A stretch of 64,000 bases of DNA, from contig CM120640.1 of assembly GCA_051362555.1 (NCBI GenBank), positions 37,529,967-37,593,966 on the forward strand. The letters are read 5' to 3'. Made by a program: the position numbers and the translations under genes. How positions within the stretch are numbered: position 1 is the stretch's first letter; each line of letters opens with the position of its first letter. The notes below the pieces were generated by a model. That model had not been told where the DNA came from. It saw nothing but the letters and a program-made list of their open reading frames with translations, and made no database searches. Below are positions 49,487-64,000 of this stretch, piece after piece. Source of the stretch: Lingula anatina. Taxonomy: Eukaryota; Animalia; Brachiopoda.

Positions 49487-51682
49487 ATGGCTGCAAATGA
49501 TACCATCAGACCATAGAAGGCAATAGATAGCAGGGTTACTATAACCCTCTTCAAAAGAAAACAGTAATACACTTGACTTAGTTTTAAAAAAATGTCACTG
49601 TGTTGAAAACAAGTAGGAAGATTTAACAGTTGGACCTGTAGTCAAAAAGGGAAATCTGTTTGCCAGTCTTTAGTTTGTTTTAGCTGTGATATCAGGAATT
49701 CTGGTCCATTCCAAAGACTGATATGTGAATCTCTTTTTTTATGGTAGAAAAGATTAAGATTTGTTAGGCCAGTCTCTTGAGATCATTGTTCAGATTTTGT
49801 TGTTGGTCCTTGTAAAAGTCTTTGGTATTTTTTTAATGGAAAAGTTTCACAAGTTTGTGGAACCTTTTCTGAGGTATCATGGGATAAAGTAGGTTTCAAT
49901 TTTTTTGTGTGTGTGATCATGTTATTAACGCTGCAAGTTAGATACTTTTCAATTATGATTGTAAAATTGATGCAATGTATGTAATCAAGATGATTGTCAT
50001 ATAGCAGTGATAAGTGAGTTTCATTCTCACTATTGTTGGCTTAAGATTAGCCTGTTGAATGATTTGAATAGTCCCAGACAGATTAACATGTGGGTCTTTA
50101 GTATCAACATAGCTGCAATGTACTTGTACTTGTATATTCACTTCAAGATTGCATAATTTGAATAGTACCAGACAGAAAAACGTGGGTGTTCAGCATCAAA
50201 ATAGCAATGTACTTTTATTTTCACTTCTTCAGTTTAAACAGAGATTCTTATATAACTCCTTTGTCTTCATGAGTTTATTATTTTTATTTGAATTATTTTG
50301 TAATGTAGTCAATGGTCAGTAAATGTGTTTATCAGAAGAAAACTGCCTAATTTCTGGTCTCTGTATCTAGTGGGATCTCTTCCTAGATGGGGAAGGGGTA
50401 TTTTTTAAGTTGCCAGTTGTAGTATGGTTTGCTGTAGTCCTTTTTTTACCCTGCACTTATTTTTAGGACACCTTTACTTTACTTAAGGTGAGACTCCAGA
50501 GGGATATGATCCATTGCAATTAACTTACAAGTTCTATCATGTTAACCTGTTAGTCACACTGGAGCAATTTTTTTCTGTAATTTTGTTGAAAGAAAGTGCT
50601 TGAAGCATAGCTCCAGGTTTAACACCTCTTACATATATTTTTAAACATCTAATATTTTCCTATGTATATGTGACTGGCAAAATGAATTCGTATGTCGATA
50701 AATATCTTGTGGAACAATGTAGAATCAACCATTATATGTTTTATTTGCTTAATCAATCCTCTTACGATAATCCTTCTTTTATCTGTAGTTTATATTTTGG
50801 TCATATGAGTTTATATTTTGGTCATATGAAGTGTCCTTGTATATTAATTATTACCTCTTATAATATAAAACTAGTTATCCTGGAATGAATTCAACTGTTA
50901 AAACTATTAGTTTGCATTATCAAAACTTATAACCATAATTGCTCCATAATTTGATCAGGCCATTTCTTAATTTCTTCATCAAAACTTTTTAATGAAATAT
51001 TTCATTACTGAAAAAGATTCAATTCTAACTGCTGAAACTTGAATTTGATTAATGAATTTTTCTGTGTACATTGGTTACAGTTTTGGAAGTTTTTTTTTTT
51101 TTTTATTCCTCATAACTTCTTTTTAAAACATGAAATTTTGAGTAAGAAATTATTTCTTGTTCAACAAAACATGCTTATTCAAAGCACAACAACACTCAAG
51201 AGTGCCAGTGTATATAGTATTATATTTAATCAGATGCAGACTATTTATTGATTCCAACAAACTAAGATGCAAAGAATTGCAGACAATTTTTTCAAAGTTT
51301 ACAGGATGGAGATTAGTATACCAAGATGGTAACTAAAAGAATGGACGGCATGCAAGAAATATCTTTATCACAGACAAAAAACATCAAAACAATGTTAAAT
51401 GATTTGTTATATCTTATATTAATATGAAATAAACTTTAAACTGTTCATCTTTGTTGTTATTGTTCACAGACGGACCCCTTTTATTTCAAAATAACCCATC
51501 TGTAAATCGTTCTCTCATATTCAGTGGAAATTCTAAACAGACAAAATTTTTTTCCTTATATATAGCAAAATAGTTATCAAAATTTTTGGCTTCATACTCC
51601 CAACATTTTCAAAAGAACATAGTTCAACTGTGAACTTAATTCAGGGCCTGCCTTGTATGCATTTGACACCCTGTGTGTCCTG

Positions 51683-54600
51683 TTACATGGTAAAACTTGG
51701 ACTGGGGGCTGCACCACACCATGTGCCAATGAATTTCAGGGTGTCCTGGCACTCCTGGCTGTGAGAAACCTGGATAATTAACAACAAATGGGGAAATTAC
51801 TTATCAAGTTTAAATGGGAAAAATACCCTTGTTCTATATATCAAGGAACAAAGAGGTCTGCTTCATAACATTACAAAGATTGCTTTTCATGTCTTTTGTA
51901 GATATTAGCTGAGATTGTGATTTAGAAAGTGGCAGTGTTTTGAACAAAAAGATAAAATTAATTTTCAATAATACTAACCAACTCTTTGAACATTAAATAA
52001 AGGGTCACATGTAAAAATTAGTATAAATAAAGGTATTTCCCAGGCACTTCAACACCCTACTATAACACGGATGCAGTCATTACCTTGGTTGCCATTAAAA
52101 ACTTATTCCAGTCATCTTTGTTTGCAGCCTTGCCTGGGCGTTTGAATTCCAGTTTGTTCCTGAGGACTGGGTAGCCTGAAAATAATTTATTTTCATGAAT
52201 TATATGGACATTTTGACCAAAAAGAAGATAAAAAGATAATAGCAGCCATACAAATTGCAGTCCTAAATTACTCTGAACAAAACAAAATCAATATGAAGAC
52301 TGAATCACTATATTATACTTTTACTTGAAAAAGTTTCTATGAAGCAATTTATCTTTTGAAAAATCTCCATGATGGTTTTTCTTTTAAAATTTGAAGGGCT
52401 TCACTACAAGTGTATTCTGCAGATATTTCAACAACTCTATGTGTAACTTCAGACTGTGTCACCTGTTCACCTACTTTATCACTAAGTAAATTACTTGACA
52501 TACTTTTAAGTATCAAAATCCTGAACATAAACATGCATGTTGTGAAATTACCTACTCTACAGCTGTGTATCCAGGTATTACCTAAATTGCCTATTTTCCA
52601 TAACAAAGTAGTGCACATAGCTTGAAATGAAGTACTATCTAAAAGGTACTAGGTTACCTGAAATGACACATGGCAGTGAGCGTATCCCTGTGTTAGCTGC
52701 CACCAGTGAGGCTTCATACGTGTCCCTCTCGTCTTTTGGCAATACCTGCTCCACCCTCTGGTCCATGGAGACAGCCAAGACCCACTCCTTGACCTCCTCA
52801 TGCTTATCCTCCTGATATAAACACATAGAACAGCAATAGAGTTAAGTTGAAAATAACAAATTTAATATTATACATTAGAATGAAATTGTGATCGGATAAT
52901 ACACAGCAGAAAACTTTCATCATAACCAGAAAAATGCAAATCATAATTTTGTATCTTCAGTCAATCCACTAAAATTGAATGCAGATTGCTCAAGTTTGCT
53001 GTTCAAACAGCAAATCTTATATTTCTCAATATTTCTTAGAGAATAGCACTTTTTGTTTGAATGATTTAAGCTATAATTACAAAAACTCACATTCAAATGT
53101 GGTTTCTCAGGCAGTGAAAATTCAAAAGGAATATCTGTATCCTGGAAATCTGTATTATCCAACATATCCAGAGAGCCTTCTTCTATGGCCTGGAAATAAA
53201 GTTATACTTTGCTATATTACGAGTTGTGAGACATTGTTTATATTTCTATGAAATATTTAAATTTTTTAAAGCTTTCAATCTGTTCTAAACAGCTGAGGTG
53301 TTCACTTTGCTGACTTTATCACATAGGGGCCATCTTTTTGGCCAACTCAGATAATCTGTAATTACACCAGTTTTTAAATAAATGAGATAAACATTGTCTG
53401 TATGCTTACCTCAACAATGTCCAGGTATCTGTTCAGCAGCACAAAGGCCATGTTCTCCCAGCCTGCAATCTGCAACAAAAATGAGATAATGAAATCTTCA
53501 GATTTTATTATTAAAATATAGAAAGGAGTAGGTTTAATTCATTAATCATCATGGTTCATCATATAATGTTTTATATTTCACTGTAGCTGGCATCACAAAT
53601 AAAACAACGCATGTTCACAGTTTTTATTTACTGGATATTTATTCATTTTAACTGAATAAATAATAACATTTGTAAAATAAAAAAAGAAAAAGATTGCTGA
53701 AAACTTTAACTATTAGCAATCACAGGTTGCCCCACAAGTCTGCCTCACTTACCTTACACATCATCCCAGCCTCATAGAAAGCCTTGTCTGCAGGGATCAG
53801 CTCTATGTGTCTCAGTAGTGACACTGACAGTTTGGTGGCCACAGCCTCCAGAGACTTGTGGGACATGGAGGCTGAGCGCGTGGCATAATAATGGGCCACC
53901 AGAAGCATGTTTTCAAACTCCTCGTGGGCAGGGGAGTTGGCCTCGGCTGAACGAGTCATGTTCTCACACTGTAAATAAATGAATTCAGTAAGGGGTCAAA
54001 GTGGAGACTCTTTTGCATTAGCTGAGTAAGTTGTATATAGCATGATAACTTTTTCCGTTGACGATACAAAAATTATCTTCAAAATTATCTTAATTCACAA
54101 ATCATCTTGAGTAGTAAAAAAAATCAAGAGTGGCAAATCGCAAAAATCATGTCCATACTCTGCAAACAATACGTTACTGTTATAATAATCTATATAATCC
54201 AAATTCAAAAGTCAGCCCTGAACACGTACCAGGTCAAATAACATGTCCCTGAGGTCTGCCCATGTCCTATAAGCCTCTGCCTTATTCAGCCCATGCATGC
54301 CAGCTATGTCTGAGAAGATACGCTTGTAGATGTTGAAGTTCTGAAAAAAAAAAAGTTTTAGTTAATACTGCAATAAATATACATGGGATATATAAGTGAC
54401 AAGGGATATCAAATGTTAATACATATGGCAAGAAAACAATATTATCACTCAATGAAAAATAAATTTGAAGCCTTTTTATGAACTTTAATAATTATGATTT
54501 ATAAGCAAATAAAAATAATATATAATATAAATTATAAAAATAATATATTTAGTATAAATAACAAAAATCTATAATTATAATGTAAGTCAATATCTGTAAA

Positions 54601-57600
54601 ATGATCCACACATATCTGTACAGCATTCAATTCAACTGACCATAATGTACTGTACATTATGTACTGTACACACCTGTTGACTGGGGGGAGTTCCATACTT
54701 CACATATAAATCCAGTGCAGCCTCTGTGTTATTTTCTTTAATCAACTGTGATGCATACATGGCTACATACTTGTGCAGCACTTTGGCATTCTAAAAGTGA
54801 GGAAATATACACCAGTAATAATAATATGTGGCAAGTTAGAGAAATGAGCAAATTTCGTGTATACCATTAAAAAAATAGAATGCTGAACCAATGGGCATAT
54901 TTAAGTGGGTAATCAGCTAAATTAACAGCAAAGTTATAATATCTCTTTAGAAGAAACAAGATAACTGGTATGCTCCTTTATCCTACTTCCCTCTTTTAAA
55001 TAAAGATAAAGTACACATTCTTTAAAGAAAGTTTAAATAACAATGTAAAAATAAATCCTCACACAATATCAGCTTTAAAAACACAGCCATTGCTGTACTG
55101 GTAAACAAACCTGTTTTTCAGCTGTTTCCAAACATTTGTCCCACTGGCCTTTCTCAACATACATGTCCAGGGCCGCCACCACATCAACTCCAGCAAGCTG
55201 AAACAAATAAGTAAAACACATGAGAAAGGTTTCTAATTTGCTAATTATCTTTGCTATCAACTTGAAGGTAAAAAAAATACAGGTTTGAAGTAAACATTTT
55301 AAGATGAAATTATATTTCTCTCTGGACTTTGTTAAGTGCTACAAGCATGACAAATGTTTCTGTTCTGTAAGCTAAGTACATTCTTAGGCAAAGTTTAAAG
55401 CAATAAAGAAGCAAACTTTCTAAAATGAAACCTGGAAGTTTTATTTCTAATGTAATTTTTAGATTAATAGCTGCTTTCACTTCCTGGCTAATACAAGTGA
55501 TGTGTGAAGAAAGAAAAGTTCAAAAAAGATTTACTCACTGCATCAGCTTTCCCTTGATTTTTCAAATAGTCCTTGTAGCGATCATCCACATATGGTTCAT
55601 ATCTAGGAAAGAAATTCACACAGATTTTTAGTCAATTTCAAAAAGGATGTTTCAATGCACACATTGCAGCTGTTTTTCCAACATGTTAAGATACATATAA
55701 GCAATCAGTTCTATAGTAACCTTATTTAAATTAGTTAGAGCAACACAAAATGCATCCTTTTACTTAAAACTATTCTGATGTACATACAGAGCAGTTCTAA
55801 TTGAAAGTGTTATTTCATACAAGCTACAAATTAATGTCAAACAATTAACATAAAAAGCCATCAAAACAAAGACCTTATCTCTAGGTTCATCAACAGTGCT
55901 TACCTTGGTTCCAGTTCTTTGGCCACTTTCTTAGCTTTGTTCCACTCTTCTCCTGCGATGAAGGCATCAATGGCATCTTTGTACATGTCAAGACCCAGAT
56001 ACAGCTCTGCTGCCTGGTAATTATGTTACAAAGACATTTAAAATGAAAATGAAGAGAGTGCTTCTTCATCAAGCAAACACTTTCCTTTGAGTGGAAACAG
56101 CAGTTCAATCAATTAACTTGTTCATTTAATTAACTCACCTAGGTTTAATTAACTTAATACAGATGTTCCCCTCAAAAATGCTTATGAACAGCATTTTAAG
56201 AAACTATATACCAGAGCACTTTCAACTGTGGTGAGAACCACTTTGATGTGTTTATTTTCTGAGACAAACAACATAATCACAGAAACACCATCTATACATG
56301 TTCTACTCACATTAGAGTACTTCTTGGCCTCAACCAGTCTTGGCCCTAGAACTTGCACTACATCCACTGCTTTATCTGCTCCTAAGAACTTCAGTGCCAA
56401 CTCTCCAGCCTAGATGGGATAATATGTATATCTGTGGATTACTTCAGTACGAAATACATCATTCAGTAATTCTGAATCTAATTCTCTATGTTTTGGCAGA
56501 ATACATTTTTGAAAAGAAAATATAAATGTATAGGTAGTTTGAATGTTATGCAATGTTGCCAGACTCAGCAGTCAATTTTATTGGTTTATGAATATTCACC
56601 AAGTATACAGCTGAGTGAGTGAATGAGTGAAAAACAATGTATGGTGTGTGTGTGTGTGTGCGTGCATGTTTGTGCTATTTTATTATTATTTTTGCAATCA
56701 TGGTTTTTAACTGTCCTCTCATTGCGGCATCCTCTCACCCACCCACAGACATCACATCAACATTTCAGTACCTTAATCCAACACTTGGTCATCATGTTGG
56801 TGTCATTGGTGACCTTGGGTGTGACCTTGACATAGCACTCCACAGCCCTGGTGTACTCTCCTGATGCCTCCCAGTCCTTGGCTTGCTGAATAAGGGTGTC
56901 TGCTCCCCTGGAGGTAAAATGAAAAGTCAGTTTTCATACTTCCAAGTTTAAAGTTCAATATCTTTTGTATCAATAAATGAAACAGATTGGTAACAGCACA
57001 TATAATTACACAATGTTTTTCAAACTTATAAATTTGTTTTCTCTGATTGTGCTAAAATCTGGCAATATCTGGATTTTTCATTCAATAATACAGGCTAAAT
57101 GTTTAAATGACTTCCTTACTTTGTTGACTTAGTGATCATCTCTTTGTCATATTCATCCTGGAGTTGCTGTAGTTTGTGTGGAATGTACTCTTTGCAGACT
57201 CTCAGCGCATCCTGCCACATAGAGGCTTCCTGGAGGAGAGAAACCAACCATAACAACTGTCAAGAATGTCAACTGTACTGAAGATAGGTTTGTAACGGTT
57301 CCCCTGGGTTTTGTTAAATAATTTGGGAAGCTAACAACACCAAGTTTAAGGTTCTATTGTTTATAGTTCAAAATTGATAGGCATTTTTTCAACAAATTAC
57401 AGCTACAATTTTTTGCCAATCTATTCACTTCATTAAAAAGAATCTTGTATCCTTAAAACAATCCTAAAGGTCACCTAAACACATATCACACAGTAATCTT
57501 GGCCAAAAAAACAATATTCCACTGAAATGGAAACTGAAATGTTGTCCCACCTTGTAGTACTTGATAGCAAGTTCAGGTCTCTGTGCTCGCAGTAGGAAGG

Positions 57601-60600
57601 ACTCGGCCTTCTGGTACTCCTTCTCTTCAAAGGCAAACCTGGCCTGTCCCACCAGGACATCTGCCACAGAGTCAGGGTCGTGCTCCTCTGCCACACGCTG
57701 GGCAGAGTCCCAGTCCTGGTTGTGGACATACCTGGAAGGTAATGGGAGGTAACATTATTTTCACATTTAATAACTCAGTCTTTACTTATTCAAGAAATTA
57801 TTCATTTTTCTCTTATTTTCTTTCTTATTAATAATAAAATTTTGTTAAAATGATCCACTTTCATCTAATGATAAGAGACACAGGGACAAGCAAGACAACA
57901 AACAATGATTTAAAGTAACGAAAAAGTTTAACCTAGTTTGCCTGATTCTGCAAGTTATCTTTTCTCATTGTTCATACTGTTGTCCCTTAAAATTACAATG
58001 ATTTTTCATTGACAATTAAAAATTACCACTTTTTACACAACCCAAGCATTTCATTATATCTTTTGTACAACAACACCAGCGTATTCAATGTAATTAACAA
58101 TATCATTGTAAAAACCAAACTGAACCCTTACATGAGCACTGCCTCTTTGGGTTTGGCAGCCTTTATAAACTCAGCCTCAGCCTCCTTGAACTTCCCCTCA
58201 TCCTCCAGGTACATGGCGTACTTCAGGTGGATGTCTGGCATCTTGTTTTTCATGGATGTCTTGGCCAGGTCAAATGCAAAGTCGAATGCACTGAAGAACA
58301 AACAGAAAATGTCCCAGTGAGGTGTGCTATTTATTGAGAATTAGTCAAAGTATGATTTGAGGTTAACCAACTCATTTTCACTTTTCTGTGCAGGTTATAT
58401 TTTTGTATTGGATATCTGAGCTATATCTCAAGATCCATTCTAATTCCTAAATATCATAGCTATATCATACTGGTTGTATTATTTCTGCAATGTTTTTTTG
58501 ATCGCCCTATTTAGACAAAATAAAACACATAACACAGAAATACTGGTTCTGAGTACACCATAAAAATACAGGTTGTATTCCAAGCTTATAATTATTTGTG
58601 GATTTTGTCCTTATGAGCCCACTCACCAGTTTTCAGCTGCATAATCAATGGCAGCTTCCAGCAGCCCAAACTTAGTGAGCAGTTTGACAGCAGAGTCTCC
58701 TCCCAAACTCTTGGCCCACAAGTATGCCACCTGCTTGGCAGGATTGGCACCTCCGTGTGACTTTGCAACCTAGAACATACAAAATATTCTTTAAAAGTGA
58801 AGAGATGTTGTGAAAAAAATGATGGTTAACTGGGCCTACTTATTGTTCAAATCTGACAATATGAAAACAGCATAAAGTAGACTCATTTGTTGATGATATG
58901 AATAATAAGGGTAATCACCTTTCACTGACAATGTACAAGTCCTGATGCAGAAGTTATGTAGGCAAGTAAACAAGCTGTCATCAGTATTTGCGGAATTAGC
59001 ACTTTTAATGATCTGTTGCTGAGAATTAATCTACATTAAAAATAAGAGCAGCTTCAACCAAACAAGGCTTAAAGCTGGGTAAAATGAAGAGGCACATATT
59101 TAACAGAGCTTTTACACTGAAGAAACTTTACATTAATTGCAGAATTAAAAAATCCATTTCTGTTTTAAATTAATGGTGTTTATTGTGCTACTGAGCTCTT
59201 TTTGTCTGGGCCTTTCATTCTAACTTTTAGTTCTTACCCTATAAGCTTCATCCCACATGTCATTGGACCTGTACATGTTCACTGCTCCCTTCCAGTCCTT
59301 AGCCTCCAGGAAATGAACCTCAGCCTGTCTCAGGTTGTTCTCTGCATGGAGTTCCTAAATAGAATAACAGTCAGTGTACTTTTTGCTAAGCTCTTAACCC
59401 ACATTTTTTTAATATATTCAAATTTTCGTTACTATTGCAGTCTGGAGTCAAAATAAAAATATGATTAATTCTTTCTTTTTTTGCTTTTTCAATACAGTGC
59501 CAAAGTAATCATATACTATTCTCTGCAGATTTCTGGTACAGTATGTTGTAATATTTACAAATTGCTAGAGTGCAGGCACACAAATTATTCAACTTATAAT
59601 TTGGGTTATCCTATTTATGCAGGCATACAAATCATTCTACTTAATTCAGATAAATATTGTAAACATTTACCTGTGCTAAATGCAGGTGTGTGTCTTGAAG
59701 TAACTCTGGGTGGAACTGTTTGACTAAGCGCACCATGTCATTGTACATCTTCTGTTTTTTATACATTGTAATTGCCATGTCTGGCTCCTCTACTGTTACA
59801 TACAGTCTGGAAACAAGGGGGAATAATATAATATAATTGAGGAAGTAGTATTATACTCAAACACTTGTTTTATTTCTCAGCAATCCAATACACTCAAAAT
59901 AGCAGTATTTTTTTTAATCTAAAAATACTGTTAGTTACTTTCATTTCATCAAAAAAAGCATTTTGACAAAAATTCCAGTTAATTCCAGAAGAACTATCCA
60001 ATTTCTTAGAACAAATGAAATCAAATTAAAATATGATTGAAAAGAATGTTGACAACCAATTTTAGGTTCAGTAACTGTAGAGCTCCATCTCACCTTTCAG
60101 CCTCCTTGAACTTGCCCTCTGCTTCCAAACTATTGGCCTGCTTGATGTACAACACTGCAACCTCGTCTTGCTTCATACACTGTGCTGCCAACTGGTGGCA
60201 AAAATGATTATTAGATTTTTTTGTTTTTAATAAGGTTTATCTTTTTATTGTTATTTTCTTTTTCTTTTCTCTTCTTTTTTTTTTTTTTTTTTTTTTTTTG
60301 GAGGGGGGTTAGGATCGTGTAATAACTTTAATTTATAACCAATTTGAAAGACAACAATTTTGGCTTCAGTGAAACAATGCATTACTGCTTAATATAAAAC
60401 ATTACCACAAAAGAGTTGAAAGTAAAATATATTTTTTCTATGTCCTTTATTATTTTCTTAAGTCTTCTCTACTCTAATTCCCTTCAAGTAGAACCAGATG
60501 TGATAACAAGGACATAAGAGTGCCTTCCACATGTCCCTACCCTGTGTGCTTTCTCCCACTTGCCAGCATTGTTGTACATGTCGATGGCTTCCTTGATACA

Positions 60601-61285
60601 GTCTGCTTCTAAGAAGTACTTCTCAGCAACCTGTAGAGAACACACAGCAAATTATTTATTATTATAATTTGGGGGTATTATGTGACTGAGTAGCAAAATC
60701 ATCAAACATAAAATGAATACTGTGGATCTCTGTCAAAAACCTTAAATGCTGACATTAGATTAGAGATGGCATCTATATTAAGAATTTAAAGGATCACTAC
60801 TGAAATAATTGAGACACAGGGCATATTTCAAAGAAACTTTTTTAAAAATAGAGAGAACATTGCACATCTTTCAGTGAATAGCATTCTCCATGCAAGCTGT
60901 TCAACCAACCACTTTGAATCCTTACCTCTAATTCTCCCACTGAGGCATAATGCACAGCTATCTTTCTATAGTACTTGGCTGACATCTCAGAGTCCTGGAG
61001 TTCTAGGATCTGAGTGGCTTTAGCCCACTGTCTAGAGTTGATGGCTGCCTCAACAGCTTTAAGTGTAGCCCTAAAATTTAAAACCAATACTTAACTTAAA
61101 CAAGTAGTCAACCTCTATTATTATTGAATATATAAAGTCACACACAAATGTACATATCTGGTACTGTTATATAAACTCTGAAGTTGATGCATATATGTGC
61201 TCAGACATACATATATGCATATATATATTAAATATGCATGCACATTTGCTTAAACAATCATGCACATAAAGTTACTAATGTACGG

Positions 61286-61371
<86 letters not shown>

Positions 61372-61973
61372 ACACGTACACACACTCACCCAGCCTCAAT
61401 ATAATGGTTAATGGCAGCGTCCAGCTGTTTCTGTGCCACCAGGTGGTCCCCCCACTCCTGCTCCAAGTTGACCACCTGCTCTGGGAAGGCATAGCGCGCC
61501 AGGTCCACAGCCTGTCTGTACGCCTTGCCCATACGGTAACACTCTGCAGCCTTCTGGTAGCTACGGATCTTCTCAAACAAGTCACCAGCCTGTGGGAGGT
61601 GATAGTAAATATAAATATAAACAAGTTTTTGTATTGAACACTGTACTGTGTACACCTGTACCCTCAAGCCCAAGTTATCATCATAATGAATATTACAATT
61701 TTTTTTGTAATTTCATGCACACCTTAAGTATTGATATACGAGGAATGTAATAAAAATTGGTACTTTGTGTCCAAATAATTCTTTCGATAAAGTACATACC
61801 AGAAGGGATTTGCTCACCATTTGAATAGCATTTATCAATGAAAATATATTTCTGTTCTGACAAAATACTTATACACCTAGCTATCCATACAGTTTGCTCA
61901 CCCTTTCATAGAACTCTCCCTGGATGAGAGCAGTTGCAATCCTGTTGATCACTTCTGAGTTGGACATCAGTTC
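51683..61973 (-). CDS. IFT172: Intraflagellar transport protein 172, 3' portion (24 exons; 5' exons lie beyond the window)
   Basis: Exons from 61973-61902 ([24 protein letters not shown]) to 51769-51683 ([28 protein letters not shown]). Diagnostic peptides [81 protein letters not shown]. Confidence 0.96.
61287..61385. repeat. (CA)n microsatellite next to an IFT172 donor
   Basis: Long CA run. Other simple repeats: (TA)n 9126-9153 and 20047-20100, (AAT)n ~9256-9293 and ~35119-35154, poly-A 9627-9668 and 41610-41649. Confidence 0.95.
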
Positions 61974-63224
61974 CTGGATTAAGAAAAAAAAACTTTATGC
62001 TAGATAGATAAACAAACCAGTTGTTAAAATGCATGGTTAAAATAATATACTGAAACTGTTTAAAATGATACTTAACACTGTGCAGATTTTCAGAGACAGG
62101 GGAACAAAATGGAATAAAACCCCAGATTTCACATTTATGTGACCATAATTTTTGATGAAATAATGAGGTCACATTTTGTTTGATATTTATGATAAAATCA
62201 TTCAATAATCTAACCTCCAAATTATTTTATTTCAACCACGTGTAAAGCTTTTACATTGAGATGCTTGATAAATCATAACATCATTCAAGTATCTACTTTC
62301 AATGAACTCTTGTGCAAATCAAATATTTTTTTTCACTTCAAAATCTTTACTCTAATTCTTCTCTTTTATAAAAGAGAATTACCAAAAAAGTTGCCTGCAT
62401 GTGGAACTATTTTGATTGCTTCAACTTTATTTTGGAGATAACAAACATTTGAGGTTACTTTTATAGAGGAAATGATGGAGCAGATGTTTCTTTCAAACAT
62501 AAAAAATTAATTTACTTGAAGGTCCTGGATTTACAAATAAGGAAGAATAAATGTTACTCTCTTTGAAACAAATCTTACAAGCCACACATTTACTCAAGTG
62601 CTTGCCAAATGTAAATAAAGAAAGTGAATTTTAATGATAATTTCCAAACATTTACTCCTAATGGATCAGTTTAAATGAGAGCTCCTCCCAAACACTAGCT
62701 ATAGTACAATATAAAAGTCATGTTTCCCAACTATTCATCAGTCTTGTTTTTTGGCAATAAGTGGAGATACAGGTAAGCTTTTATTCTATTTTTTACTATC
62801 ATGAACATTAAGAATAAATTTATAATTGCTTGCAAATGTCTACATGTGAAACTAAGCCTTACAACAATTGAAAAGTTTTAAGAACTAAAATGTAAAAGTA
62901 AATAGCATTAAATTGCCTAATTTGTCTAAATTCAAATTAATGTTTTGACACATGAATCAAATGGCTTCTTCAAAATTAGGACAAGCAGCAAACATTACTT
63001 GAAAATTTTTGAAAGCAGACATGGGTTGTACTGTGACATAGACGACTGGCAATTCCTCATAAAGGCAAAAAAATTCTGGTAACTAGGCAAAGTTGGGGGA
63101 AAAAATGCAACTTTTTCATCCAAACCAATGATGAATGGCACTAAGAAAATAAGATGGATATTTTAAAATGGGGTTTTTAGGATTAAATATCATGGACTCT
63201 CCACTTGTCTTTCTCAGACCCACA

Positions 63225-63984
63225 ATGAAGGTAACGGCGCTTTACCTACTGGCTGCCACAGTGGCAATGGTTGTGTTCTGTGTGGAGGGTCAAGGTTGGT
63301 ATTCCTTAGTTCACATATTTCTGAAAACTGTTATTGTTATTTCATTGTTATTGACATAATTTGAATTTTGAATGTATTGGGAGACTGCTGAAACACAGGG
63401 CTTATGAAGAGCCAATACTACACACATTGTAAAAAAAATGCATAATGCATGAACTAAATGTCACAAAACACAATGTTAAAAAAAAAATCGAAAAAAAAAT
63501 ACATGGTAATGTATGCCTTTTATTTTTAGAAGTTAGCAAATGTGCTGTGTCCTACAGACATGTTGCTTTCTCAGCTGGCCGTTCCACCGACCTTCAAGCA
63601 ACTGGTAAACCAGCAACTATAATCTATGATGCTGTAATCCTGAACGAGGGCCATGCCTATGATGAAGCCACCGGAATATTTACTGCCCCCATGTCTGGGG
63701 TATTCGTCTTCCACTTCCACGCCATCAACTACCACACTAAACGTCTGTATTTGTGGCTAGTTCACAATGGAAAGAGAATCAACAGCGGCTACGCACACCC
63801 TACCCAGCATTATGCAACTGGCAGTAACAGTGCTGCCCTGCATCTGACAGAGGGGGACAGAGTCTGGATTGAGCTGGAGAATGGATACGGTCTGCACAAT
63901 CACCCTGGAGAGAACCACTCTACCTTTACTGGTTACCTACTGTACCCTGAGAACAGTGGACTACAGCTGATTGCCACTGGTTAA
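63225..63984 (+). CDS. Secreted globular-head C1q-domain protein (174 aa), nested antisense in an IFT172 intron
   Basis: Exon 63225-63294 encodes signal peptide MKVTALYLLAATVAMVVFCVEG; exon 63530-63984 has C1q motifs VAFSA, IIYDAVILNEGHAYD..TGIFTAP.SGVFVF, LHLTEGDRVWI, STFTGYLL. TATAAAA at ~62710 and a 5'UTR donor CAG|GTAAG at 62772. Confidence 0.92.
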
Positions 63985-64000
63985 CTGGCTAAATAACTGA

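Overview
AT-rich, intron-containing animal genomic DNA; probably a marine invertebrate, with a lophotrochozoan/mollusc suggested only by inference from the gene families. Left to right: a ~560-bp satellite; an orphan Ser/Pro/Lys-rich single-coding-exon gene; a 15-exon SLC5A8/SLC5A6-like Na+/solute symporter; a ~5.6-kb tandem duplication (16481-22123 / 22126-30037); SLC35A3 (minus); a head-to-head C2H2 zinc-finger gene; the 3' 24 exons of IFT172 (minus); and a secreted C1q-domain gene nested antisense in an IFT172 intron. Many MITEs are present. Each duplicate carries a proteinase-K-family (S8A) subtilase with an intronless CDS: signal peptide, I9 prodomain, atypical catalytic motifs, an N-X-T-rich mucin stalk and a GPI-like tail. 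In copy 2 a 2.1-kb TTAA-flanked DNA transposon splits the gene, yet both halves stay open. The best candidate for a novel system is this protease pair: copy 2 could be rescued by splicing out the transposon (+11 aa, in frame) or converted into a secreted propeptide-only inhibitor. All calls are by eye from the sequence; no database searches were run.
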